The notes under the pieces were generated by a model, which saw only the letters and a program-made list of their open reading frames with translations, did not search any database and was not told the DNA's origin. DNA of 63,350 nucleotides, the filler included, from Octopus bimaculoides (Eukaryota), in the NCBI RefSeq assembly GCF_001194135.2. It is 6 parts of 6 records of this genome, joined end to end, with 100 filler letters (N's around TTAATTAATTAA, not from the genome) between each part and the next. Parts side by side here need not be neighbours in the genome. Positions count along the whole stretch, not along the records: positions 35,366 to 57,775 come from NC_068997.1; positions 57,876 to 59,406 come from NC_068993.1; positions 59,507 to 60,683 come from NW_026390900.1; positions 60,784 to 63,350 come from NW_026385345.1; 2 more parts are not named here. The stretch is one strand, 5' to 3'. Positions 52,011-63,350 of this stretch are shown piece by piece. The translations under genes and the position numbers were made by a program. The first letter of the stretch is position 1; every line of letters begins with the position of its first letter.

Positions 52011-52118
52011 TTGGATGGTTGAAAATGTTGAAAAAGGGGCAATATTTTGGACAAGTTTGAGAACCACTGGTTTAAAGTGTTGATAAATATAGGGCCAATC
52101 TAGTGCAGGGAATCAATT

Positions 52119-52212
52119 CTTCTTCTTCTTCTTCTTCTTCTTCTTCTTCTTCTTCTTCTTCTTCTTCTTCTTCTTCTTCTTCTTCTTCTTCTTCTTCTTC
52201 TTCTTCTTCTTC
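52119..52212. repeat. (CTT)n microsatellite
   Basis: Pure TTC run. Confidence 0.95.
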
Positions 52213-53377
52213 TATGATGAATAAATCAGCTGAGTTCAGATCTAGAGAGAGATGGCATCTGCCAGATTTTGCGTATACAAGCCAAGTCATATACCAGGAG
52301 GGGCACACGTACGGCCTCATCAGGAGTTGAAGGCCCGACGAAGGAAAGTTGTTAAATAAGTCACACAAAGAGATGAAAACGAAACGCCGAATATACAGAA
52401 GTATACAGTTTGAAGAATTAGTTGAAAGTATAAAATGCGAAATGTTTGCACGCTTTGGCCAATTGCCCTTCTTCAATGAAAAGTAGACAGCAAGAGTATA
52501 AAAAAGAGAAAGAAGAGATATATTTATGCTAAACAATATTAGAGTTTTGGTCGAGGTGACATGGTCTGTATTGATTAACAGACAGAAATTGTGGAATAAC
52601 ATTAGGCTTCAGAGGTTTGGAAATAGGGAAACGAGTATTCTTTTGGCAAGAAGTCTGTTTAAATGTTGGTACTTGTGCAGGTGCCGTCAAAATGGCCAAA
52701 TTACAGTTATATTAATCTGCAGGCTTGACCAGATGTAACTATTCTTACAAGGTCAAACAGATTGAAATATATGGCCATAGTTGTCTTTTGACTGCGAACG
52801 AAATCAGTCTGTGCTTTCTCTATCATGTAAGTTAACTCAAAACATGAATTCTTACTTCCTTAAAATCATCTCCCCTTTTCTTTGAAAGGCACTAAAGACT
52901 GCAACAAGTATGTTGCTTTCTTCCTCCAGCTTAGAGAAAAATTGCAGTAGATTACGTATTTACTTCATATGACATTCAGTACATCACTCTTTAATTAAAT
53001 TATCCAAATTCGTATAATTGCCTCCTTTGAATTTTTCTTACATCTTTTATTTTTAATTATGCAATTATTCTCAGCTAAAAATATACTTAATAACTCTTTC
53101 CCTCTATATAAAATTCTTTGCAAGCTCGAAAAAAAATTTCCGTGCTTAAGAGGTCAATCAGACCAAAATATGTCTGTAATTGTTCCTGGCTTGCAAACTA
53201 ATTTTTCCTTAAGTCTGTAAATTAACTTGAGAAATTAATTCTTAATTTCTTAAAATTAACTTTCATTCCCTTTGAGACTTGAGACAATTAACGAACGCTA
53301 AGCTGTTGTTTACTATCCCCGGCATAGATGGCAATTTCTTTGACTCTATTCATACATATATGTTTTATCTTTTTTTG

Positions 53378-53676
53378 TGGCCATGCTGGAGCACGTCCTT
53401 GAAGAATTTTTAGTTGAATGAATCGACCCCAGTACTTTTTATTCTTTTAAGTCTGGTACTTATTCTATCAATTTTTTGCCGAACCGCTTTTTACGGTGAC
53501 GTAAACACACCAACACCGGTTGTCAAGCAGCGCTGAGGGGACAAACACAAACACAATCACACACACATACATACATACATGCATACATACATACATACAT
53601 ACATACATGCATACATACATACATACATACATACATACATACATACATACACACACACATACATACATGCATGCAT

Positions 53677-53707
<31 letters not shown>

Positions 53708-53895
53708 TACATACATACATACATACATACATACATACATACATACATACGACGGGTTTCCTTCAGTTTCCATCTACCAAATCCACTCGCAAGTCTTTGG
53801 TCGCCCCGAGGATATAGTAGAAGACACTTGCTCAAGGTGCCACGCAGAGGGACTAAACCCGGAACCATGTGACTGGTAAGCAAACTTCTTACCAC
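53378..53895 (-). mobile_element. SINE family C with expanded internal (TACA)n
   Basis: Family C head and tail flank ~190 nt of (TACA)n at ~53565-53750. Confidence 0.85.
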
Positions 53896-54227
53896 TTGCT
53901 TCTTAAACAAGAAAATAAATGGTACCTTGCTTATTTTAAAGTGATTCTCACTTGTACTTACAGACATTCGCCCCCCCCCCTACACATATATAGTAAAAAC
54001 TAGCATTATAATATATTACTTGATTCACCATAACCAAGTTATTTCACTCGCTGGAACGTTCTGTTGTTGGAGAAGGGTATGAACCTGATATCTTAACCTG
54101 ATATCGTCCACAGTCTGAAACGCCACCCAAAACTAATATTCAGCGATAATCTATAAATATTTTACTCCGTTGAAACTAAAAAATATCGCGAATGTCTGTT
54201 TATGTATGTGAATATCTATAAGTATGT

Positions 54228-54293
<66 letters not shown>

Positions 54294-55329
54294 NNNNNNN
54301 NNNNNNNNNNNNNNNNNNNNNNNNNNNNNNNNNNNNNNNNNNNNNNNNNNNNNNNNNNNNNNNNNNNNNNNNNNNNNNNNNNNNNNNNNNNNNNNNNNNN
54401 NNNNNNNNNNNNNNNNNNNNNNNNNNNNNNNNNNNNNNNNNNNNNNNNNNNNNNNNNNNNNNNNNNNNNNNNNNNNNNNNNNNNNNNNNNNNNNNNNNNN
54501 NNNNNNNNNNNNNNNNNNNNNNNNNNNNNNNNNNNNNNNNNNNNNNNNNNNNNNNNNNNNNNNNNNNNNNNNNNNNNNNNNNNNNNNNNNNNNNNNNNNN
54601 NNNNNNNNNNNNNNNNNNNNNNNNNNNNNNNNNNNNNNNNNNNNNNNNNNNNNNNNNNNNNNNNNNNNNNNNNNNNNNNNNNNNNNNNNNNNNNNNNNNN
54701 NNNNNNNNNNNNNNNNNNNNNNNNNNNNNNNNNNNNNNNNNNNNNNNNNNNNNNNNNNNNNNNNNNNNNNNNNNNNNNNNNNNNNNNNNNNNNNNNNNNN
54801 NNNNNNNNNNNNNNNNNNNNNNNNNNNNNNNNNNNNNNNNNNNNNNNNNNNNNNNNNNNNNNNNNNNNNNNNNNNNNNNNNNNNNNNNNNNNNNNNNNNN
54901 NNNNNNNNNNNNNNNNNNNNNNNNNNNNNNNNNNNNNNNNNNNNNNNNNNNNNNNNNNNNNNNNNNNNNNNNNNNNNNNNNNNNNNNNNNNNNNNNNNNN
55001 NNNNNNNNNNNNNNNNNNNNNNNNNNNNNNNNNNNNNNNNNNNNNNNNNNNNNNNNNNNNNNNNNNNNNNNNNNNNNNNNNNNNNNNNNNNNNNNNNNNN
55101 NNNNNNNNNNNNNNNNNNNNNNNNNNNNNNNNNNNNNNNNNNNNNATATATATATATATATATACACACATATGCATATCCCGATTTGTGTATATACACG
55201 CATGCACGCGTACACACGCGAGCACAAACACACACATACACAAACATTAGATATATGATGACGCATATGTATAATTTGCATTAAACAGCAATGTAAGAAA
55301 TGCAAACATCTTTTAGATTTTGATGGCCT

Positions 55330-55400
55330 GCATCTGATTGGTCCAGCGGTCTATGACATCACCACGCGACTCACACTTACCAGGTGCATTTCCGGCATCA
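55330..55400. promoter_or_regulatory. Promoter-like motif cluster
   Basis: Reverse CCAAT (GATTGG 55336-55341), TGACATCA (55354-55361), CAGGTG (55381-55386) and reverse ETS ATTTCCGG (55388-55395) in a CpG-containing, repeat-free patch. No transcript evidence. Confidence 0.3.
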
Positions 55401-57059
55401 TATCTTCACTCGTCGCTGAAACTCGGTGCAGATCGATGATCAAAGACCAACCCTGTCTCTGATATGTCACCTCTGCTGTAATCTTTTTGCACTGAGTTAC
55501 TGAAGTTTTACTGCAGCAATTCTCTGCTTCTCCGGCCTTCCTGTACAGCAAGTTAGGTTATCATTGAGAAATAAATCATACTTCTAAAGAAAACTGAAAT
55601 TTTTAGTTTCACGATTTATTTATTTATTTATTTTTTAATTTTTGCTTTCTTCAATAGTTAAGTCACAATATAAATAGAAGTGATCAGCTTATGTTTATTT
55701 AGTATTCTGCACCGCTCATCATCTTCTTAAATTTCTTTTCGAATCGAGTGAGAATACAGAGAGAAAAAATTACCAAACTTCTACGTGCCCACTACATCAT
55801 ATTCTTGAGACAATACCTTCTCAACAGTAGTCTTGAGAGAGTATCTAATGCCAACCATTCTCAACTACTACCAAAGACCCTTTTCTTTACAAGAACCATC
55901 ACTTCAATAACTGCGACTTTTAGTAACCATAGTGACTAAGAACGACATTCTATTCTTAGATTTATCTCTGAATTGAAAGGTGTAGGAAACTAGATATACT
56001 ACGAAAATAGTATTAACCAAAACCACTGGTTTATGAGGAAGGTGATGCTGCTTTGCCGATACTAGATTCTGCATCTTAGGTTCAATAGTTCGCAGTTTTA
56101 AATATAGGTTATTTTTTTAAAAACATGACCTATATTTTTTAAAAATTAAACCATTCTAAAAAAAATTAAACCATTCCTTCAGATTTTGAAAGTTTCAAAG
56201 TTTATCCTATATAAGTCATAGTGACAAATTATATCTTTTATCCTGCGGATTCTTGAACTTTTTAAAAACTATTTATTAGCGACAGAGGCAATATGAATAC
56301 CAAGGGGTAATATTTATTCCCACTTAAATGTGGATGCTCTATTAGAACAAACTATACTGCAGTAGTTACCACGAGAGAGTCCGTTCTAACAGAACATCCA
56401 TGTTTAAGCTAGCATGAACTTCATATTTAGCTCACAAATATCCACTATTATCTTCTCCTCATCCGGACCACAGAGCACTGATTGGGAATTTGCAGTCATA
56501 GACCTTTTAAGAATAACAGTTAAATCTCCCTCAACCCACATCCTGTCATCTGAAAAGGGATGGGGCACAAGGTCACGAATGGTTTTGGATAGACCTTACC
56601 TGAAAAGAAAAGAAGGATGGAAACGGCCAGAACATCTTTAATAATAGCTGATTTCTCACTAAACTACAACACCGACAACAACATTTTTTCTATTATAACC
56701 ACAAGGCTTCAAAATATTTGGTAGAAGAGGAAGATCAATCGATTACATCGACCTTAGTATTCAACGGATTCTATTCTATCGACTCTAAATGGATGAAAGG
56801 CCAAGTCGAACAACAACAATAATATTGGCAGAATATTGGTAAATTTTGGCACAAGGCCAGCAATTTCAAGGGAATAGGGTAAGTCGAATACATTGACCCC
56901 AGTGCTCAACTGCTACCTAGTTTATTGACCCCCGAAGGAATGAAAAATAAAGTCGACCTCGGCGGAATTTGAACTCATAATGTAAAGACGGACGAAACGC
57001 CGCTAAGCATTTTGCCCGGCGTGCTACCGATTCTATTCTGCCAGCTTGCTGCCTTAAAT

Positions 57060-57425
57060 ACCGATAATAATATTAACAACTGCAACAGCACCGCCAACAA
57101 CAACATCATCATCATAAACAACAACAAGAACAGCAGCATCAACACCACCATTACCGCCAACACTACCAACATCAATAACGACGCCGCCGGCAACAGCAGC
57201 AACAACAACAACAACAACAGCAGCAGTAATAACGGCAGCACCACCAACATCAACAATAGCAGCAGCATCGGCAGCATCGACAGCAGCAGCAGCAGCAGCT
57301 TAACGTCTTGCAGAATTCTACAAAGCCAAAAATTTTAATAGTCGGTTGTAGTTAATTCATCTGTCATTAAATGTATTTTGGAAACCTCAGCAGTAAGAAA
57401 AATAGCAGCAACAGCAGCAGCGGTG

Positions 57426-57457
<32 letters not shown>

Positions 57458-57712
57458 GGTGGTGGTGGTGGTGGTGGTAGTAGTAGTAGCACGTGTTGTT
57501 GCTGTTGTTGGTATTATTAATAGTAGTGTTGCAGTAGTAGTTGCAGTTGAAGTAATCATACTGATAGTGACAGTGGTGGTGGCGATGGTGGTGTGTTAGT
57601 CGTCTTAATGGTGTAACTGGCGGTGTTAATCGTAGAATGCTTTGTAAAAGTGATCGCGTTGTTCGTAGTGTCAGTATAAGTGGTGGTGGTAGTGTTGGTG
57701 GTGGTAGTGTTG

Positions 57713-57744
<32 letters not shown>

Positions 57745-57775
57745 GGTGGTAGTGGTGGTGGGGGTGGTAGTGGTA
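57060..57775. repeat. Compound trinucleotide field (AAC/AGC, GTA/GTG, GTT/GGT)
   Basis: Mixed triplet low-complexity sequence. Confidence 0.9.
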
Positions 57776-57875
57776 NNNNNNNNNNNNNNNNNNNNNNNNN
57801 NNNNNNNNNNNNNNNNNNNTTAATTAATTAANNNNNNNNNNNNNNNNNNNNNNNNNNNNNNNNNNNNNNNNNNNN
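57776..57875. other. Artificial scaffold-joining spacer
   Basis: 44 N + TTAATTAATTAA (57820-57831) + 44 N. Confidence 0.95.
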
Positions 57876-58108
57876 ACACACACACACACACATACACACA
57901 TATTTGCAGACATCAAACAACTCAGACAGCCACAAGTTTCAAGAGGCCTTTCCCTTTGATAGTGACGGGCTCGAATTCTGTAAAAGAAACGAAAATTGGA
58001 TAAAACCCAACGAACATAAACACACGTCTTTATACAGGCATGCACACATTGAAACATGCATGCATAACTATATATTCAGACAGAAACATGTATATGTATA
58101 TATACGTG

Positions 58109-58157
<49 letters not shown>

Positions 58158-58973
58158 ACACACACACACACACACATACACACATGCATATATATGTAGG
58201 TAGGTATGTAGGTACGTGGTTACTGTTCACACTCAGACACACTCACATACACACGCGCGTACGCGGTTACCGTTCACACACACAGACGTACACATTAATA
58301 CCAGTGACAAAATTACGGCAGCTAACCCAGTATCCTCTCCATTTAACCAGTTATAATTCTCCCCACGTGATGCAAACAACGATCAATAATAATCTGGCTG
58401 TCTCTCACGTGACTATTGTTGATGTTTCGCTACAGATCTACCTTTAACTGAGATTACGAAGGTGCCTGGCATTGTTTCAGACGTCAGGGCGTTATTCGAG
58501 TGATATTTTATCTATAATTTCTAGCATTTCGTTGGTTCATTGGGTACTTTCGTTGTTATTTCTAGCATTTAGTGATCACTCGTTCAAATGGTGTTAGATC
58601 CGCCGCCGGACAAACACATAAGCATTATTTTCGTAAGGTTAGTGCACTTTCGAGAACAAAAAGTACATCTTGGGTAAAATCCAATCTCTAGAATTCCACA
58701 TGACTAATGATGGCTGGCGTCGGTCGGAATCATTTCAGAAATGCTAAAAGGTTCGGTATGTTAGTTTTGTAAACAGTTTTATCTCTCAGAGCAAGGGTCT
58801 TTCCGAAAGGTCTGGAACTTTTCCAGATTTATGAATTTTACTGAATAATTTTTGCCAACGCAGACCACAAGTTTCCTGGAAACGTGGTATTTTCTTTTTT
58901 AATAATCTATTATAGATAGTGTTCTTATATTTCAGCATTATCCGGCGAAGGGCTATGGCCAAGGTCGAAACGT

Positions 58974-59058
<85 letters not shown>

Positions 59059-59060
<2 letters not shown>

Positions 59061-59363
59061 GCGCAGGAGTGGCTGTGTAGTAGGTAGCTTGCTTACCAAC
59101 CACATGGTTCCGGATTCAGTCCCACTGCGTGGCACCTTGCGCAAGTGGATTTGGTAGACGGAAACTGTATATGCTTGTCCCTCTACCATCGCTTGACAAC
59201 TGATGCTGATGTGTTTAGGCTCCTGTAACTTAGCGGTTCGGCAAAAGAGGCTGATAGAATAAGTACTAGGCTTACAAAGAATAAGTCCTGGGGCCACTTT
59301 GTTCGACTAAAGGTGGTGCTCCAGCATAGCCGCAGTCAAATGACTGAAACAAATAAAAGAATA
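59059..59363 (+). mobile_element. SINE family C with internal deletions
   Basis: Head and tail present; internal microsatellite absent. Confidence 0.8.
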
Positions 59364-59406
59364 TGTATATGTGTGTGCGTGTGTATATATATATATATAT
59401 ATATAT

Positions 59407-59506
59407 NNNNNNNNNNNNNNNNNNNNNNNNNNNNNNNNNNNNNNNNNNNNTTAATTAATTAANNNNNNNNNNNNNNNNNNNNNNNNNNNNNNNNNNNNNN
59501 NNNNNN
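59407..59506. other. Artificial scaffold-joining spacer
   Basis: 44 N + TTAATTAATTAA (59451-59462) + 44 N. Confidence 0.95.
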
Positions 59507-59797
59507 GATATGACAGGTTAGCTTGGGAGGTTAAACAGTTGTGGTTGATGAAAAAGCTGGTGGTAGTACCAATAAATGTCGGAGCGTTGGGAACAGTGAA
59601 TAAAAATCTTGAGAAATACATGGAACAAATAGGGGCTGCAATAAGGGTGGAGCACTTGCAGAAAACAGCACTGCTTGGAACCACTCGAATAGTCAGGATG
59701 GTGCCCAAAAAATAAGGGGTGTTACCTTAGTTCACTGTTAGTGAACAACTGACATTGTAGTTCATCTCCAGCGTTAGAAGCTGTGCAAAGACAAAAT
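59507..59797 (+). mobile_element. R4/Dong RLE 3' tail
   Basis: YDRLAWEVKQLWLMKKLVVVPINVGALGTVNKNLEKYMEQIGAAIRVEHLQKTALLGTTRIVR; followed by (GAT)n. Confidence 0.85.
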
Positions 59798-59798
59798 A

Positions 59799-59865
<67 letters not shown>

Positions 59866-60018
59866 CGACGACGATGACGATGACGACGATGACGACGACG
59901 ACGACGACGATGACGACGATGATGACGATGATGATGATGACGATGATGACAATGACGACGATGATGACAATGACGACGACGATGATGATGATGAGGATGA
60001 TGATGATGATGATGATGA
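59799..60018. repeat. (GAT/GAC)n microsatellite
   Basis: Long ATG/ACG run between two R4/Dong tails. Confidence 0.95.
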
Positions 60019-60178
60019 TTGAACAGATGGATAGGGGAAATAGGTATAAAACCTAGTTTAGTACAGCTCCAGAAAACAGTGTAATTAGGGACAGCTAGAA
60101 TACTGAGAAGGGTTCTTGGTATCAAAGTTTACTTGTAACCCAATGTTTTCCAACAGTCTAATCTCTTGTGTGTATGTG
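60019..60178 (+). mobile_element. R4/Dong extreme 3' end
   Basis: IGIKPSLVQLQKTV.LGTARILRRVLG; between (GAT)n and (TAA)n. Confidence 0.75.
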
Positions 60179-60559
60179 AAATAATAATAATAATAATCCT
60201 TGCTGATGGCACTTCCATGCCTGTAGAGTTTATCTTGAACCAGCAATGCCCCCCACCCCTGGTAGTATTGCTATAATAATGAAAATATGGGTGTTTCATT
60301 CATCATCCTTAAATGAACCTTATTCAGGGACCTTTTGAGCAGGATGGGCTACTCGACCTGAAGAAAATTCTGACTGGATCTCACTTGCAAGATCATATAC
60401 TGTTTATCTTGATATGAGATCACCATGTCACACACATATAGTTGTGATGCATGTGCTTGGTGTACCCTTATCAGATGCGTGGTCATGACAGATATAATGG
60501 GCTTCATATATTTGTACCCCAGTGTTACTTTGATGGCATGCACTGCTCACTCACTCAAT

Positions 60560-60610
<51 letters not shown>

Positions 60611-60683
60611 AATAATAATAATAATAAGAGCATCATCACACTAGATAAAGCCAATGAAATAAGAGAACTAGACAAAAGCCAAC

Positions 60684-60783
60684 NNNNNNNNNNNNNNNNN
60701 NNNNNNNNNNNNNNNNNNNNNNNNNNNTTAATTAATTAANNNNNNNNNNNNNNNNNNNNNNNNNNNNNNNNNNNNNNNNNNNN
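60684..60783. other. Artificial scaffold-joining spacer
   Basis: 44 N + TTAATTAATTAA (60728-60739) + 44 N. Confidence 0.95.
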
Positions 60784-60939
60784 ACAACGAGTAGAATAAA
60801 GTACCGCAACAATAACAACAACACCAACAACAAGCCTGGCAGTGGTCCCACCGTCCACACGGTATCTGATGGCGAAACTCAAAATATAGGCAACGGAAAA
60901 TGACCTGAGTTAAGTTAGCAAGAGAAATATAGGAAACTG

Positions 60940-61258
60940 ACTGACCATGGAATTGCACCTAGAAAGTCATCCTCTGAGGCACAAGTCTGGGCAAGGTTGT
61001 TTATGGAAGACCAGTAGTTGCCCATGTATACTAGTCTCACCCTCTCCACGCCACAAATGTTATCCAAGGGAAAGGCAAAGGGGCCGATACAGCTTGGCAC
61101 CAGTGACGTCGCAACTCATTTCTACAGCTGAGTGAACTGGAGCAACGTGAAATAAAGTGTCTTGCTCAAGAACACAACACACAGCCTGGTCTGGGAATCG
61201 AACTCACTACCTCATAGTCATGAGCCCAATGCTCTAACCACTGAGCCATGTGCCTTCA
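60940..61258 (-). mobile_element. SINE with family B head/core and a third tail type
   Basis: Minus strand: GGCACATGGCTCAGTGGTTAG head, GCTCCAGTTCACTCAGCTGTAGAAATGAGT core, then a different tail (CCCTTTGCCTTTCCCTTGGATAAC...). Confidence 0.7.
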
Positions 61259-61581
61259 TGGTATTTAATTATATTGACCCTGTAAAGAAGTAAGGCAAAG
61301 TTGACCAGGGCAGGATTTGAACTTACAATGCTGGAGCCGGAGCAGATGTAAAGCATCTCATTGAACACTATACAAGTGCTGCCATCTAGCAGCACTGGAT
61401 TGGTATTTTATTTTATTGACACCAAAAAGGAAAATTTGACCTTGGCACGATTTGAACTCAGAACACAGCAAGGCATTGTGTCTGACACCCTAATGACTTG
61501 GCCAATTTGTTAACCTTAATTCAGTAAAATTATATTTACGAAACAGGATCATATTTCAGGATTCAGCTCAGTAAGTTTTTA

Positions 61582-61626
<45 letters not shown>

Positions 61627-61860
61627 TTAATTACTGGAATCAGTGTGGGAGAAATATCTGATTTCTCTATTGATTTTAAATGGAACATTCCATTTTCCAT
61701 ATTGATTCATATATTGATATTGTATATATTTCACACAATTAATTAATATCGAGATCAATCTGCAGATTTTTTTTGTTTTCTATTTCAGAATATTTCTTAA
61801 TAAATCCAAATAAATTATTGAAATAAAGAAAGTAGCATCGAAAATAATCTTGAAATAAAA

Positions 61861-62205
61861 GGAGTAGGGGCCGAAACCGGACGTGGTTTCTCCTCCTGAT
61901 GATGTCTTGAGCTAACTGGATCCTAATCCACCAAGGGAAGGTATGTCGGAAGAAAGTAATTCAACAACGCGGGTTGATGAACTGTAAGACGTGTGGCCAG
62001 AACCTCCTGGAAAATAACCATAGCGAGGGACATTCCACAGTTGAATTAGAACAGTCACAAACAGTGAAAGAAGACATGCACCCAACACCAGAGCTGAAGA
62101 CACCTCCGAAAGGGGGTGGCCCCACCACGTCAAAACGGTAGAGGAGTAGGGGCCGAAACCGGACGTGGTTCCTCCTGTTGATGTCTTCAGCTAACTGGAT
62201 CCTAT
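61861..62205 (+). repeat. 282-nt unit with ~63-nt direct terminal redundancy, GC-rich and structured
   Basis: GGAGTAGGGGCCGAAACCGGACGTGGTT..CTCCTG.TGATGTCTT.AGCTAACTGGATCCTA occurs at 61861 and 62143. Confidence 0.85.
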
Positions 62206-63350
62206 AAAGGAGCTGTTGTGGTAGCAAACCACGAAACATGGTTGAAATTCCTCAGAATGGCCAAAAAGTCCATTTGGGTTCTTTTTTTTTTTTTTTTTAA
62301 AGCANNNNNNNNNNNNNNNNNNNNNNNNNNNNNNNNNNNNNNNNNNNNNNNNNNNNNNNNNNNNNNNNNNNNNNNNNNNNNNNNNNNNNNNNNNNNNNNN
62401 NNNNNNNNNNNNNNNNNNNTTTTTTTTTTTTTTTTTTTTAAAGCAATTCTAAGATACAAGTCTTAAGCTGTTTATTGAACCAATAACAAAATTGGGATTT
62501 CGTTCCAGTTTCTTTTGTCATTTTGTGGGCAGATCCAATTTACCCTGATCCAAGAATTTCCTGTCTTTGTTGCTTTTAAATCTTCTTGTGTCACATGACA
62601 GCTTATTTTGCACCTAACAGAAAACATTCAAAGCATGGATTGTTCGCTACTGTCACCAGATATGTTCAGTCAACTGTGTCAGCCTTAATTTACAGCACCA
62701 AACATTGTCACTTGATACGAACACACGGACCTTAATGGGGGGAACCTACAAAAATTTCTAAGACCAGTCATGTGACTATCCTTTACCAATCAAATCCTAT
62801 TCAAAACATACGAGCCATGAACTCCCTATAAAAATAGGGCAAACTTCAAAAGCAAGACAGCTGCGACATAAGCCACGTGTTTCTATTTTAAGTTTTGGCA
62901 AATCAGGGAAAACTGTGAAACTCGTTAAATCGTTAAATATTATCATCATCATCATCATCAATAATAATAAATATTATTTGAATAATTCTCAATCTATTTT
63001 TCTTTATACATAAATAAAATAAGAAATAAGTGGAAATTTTACCGGTGAGTGTGTTAAATTTTAAGGCACAATAAGAAAATGACTCTCCCCAGACACAACA
63101 GAATATGCTTCAACGCACGAAATCACATGAAAAATCTTGCAAACCAAATCCAAAACCGAAATATATATATATATACATGTCATACTAATACATCCTTTTG
63201 TTGTTTACACCACCTGTCCTCGTCTGTTGTTGTTTTTTCGTACATTCTCCCATATATATATATATATATATATATGCATGTATGTATATGTATGTGTGTG
63301 TGCATGCGTGTGTGTGCATGTGTGTATATATATATATATATGGGAGAATT

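Noticed and set aside
62085-62205. HDV-like ribozyme suggested by GCTAA and a pseudoknot
   Set aside because: No P3/L3/P1.1 arrangement could be placed on either strand.

Overview
Animal genomic DNA: AT-rich, dense in microsatellites and SINEs, with many N gaps. The repeat families suggest an octopus (coleoid cephalopod); this is an inference. The window is not contiguous. Five identical 100-nt spacers (44 N + TTAATTAATTAA + 44 N, a stop codon in all six frames) split it into six joined pieces: 1-28606, 28707-35265, 35366-57775, 57876-59406, 59507-60683, 60784-63350. Host coding sequence is limited to two in-frame exons of a chitin-synthase-like N-terminus (23251-23913, 28232-28477; the gene runs off its scaffold) and a terminal tandem-Kunitz exon (29549-29834) on the next piece. 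The rest is tRNA-derived and RTE-tailed SINEs, piggyBac-like MITEs, decayed R4/Dong, RTE, CR1/Jockey-type, hAT and possibly Tc1 fragments, and simple repeats. No CRISPR array, rRNA or true tRNA gene was found. The most notable signals are non-coding. (1) A near-canonical minimal hammerhead ribozyme at 19008-19050 (-), a second degenerate one inside a tRNA-headed SINE, and a 282-nt terminally redundant structured unit with hammerhead core motifs. (2) Stacks of R4/Dong 3' ends inside (TAA)n/(GAT)n arrays. (3) A 665-nt AG-free acceptor region and a fold-back SINE in the chitin synthase intron. (4) A cationic Kunitz pair in which one domain lacks Cys38. Coordinates were read by eye: splice sites, spacers and ribozyme motifs were counted base by base, while repeat boundaries are approximate.
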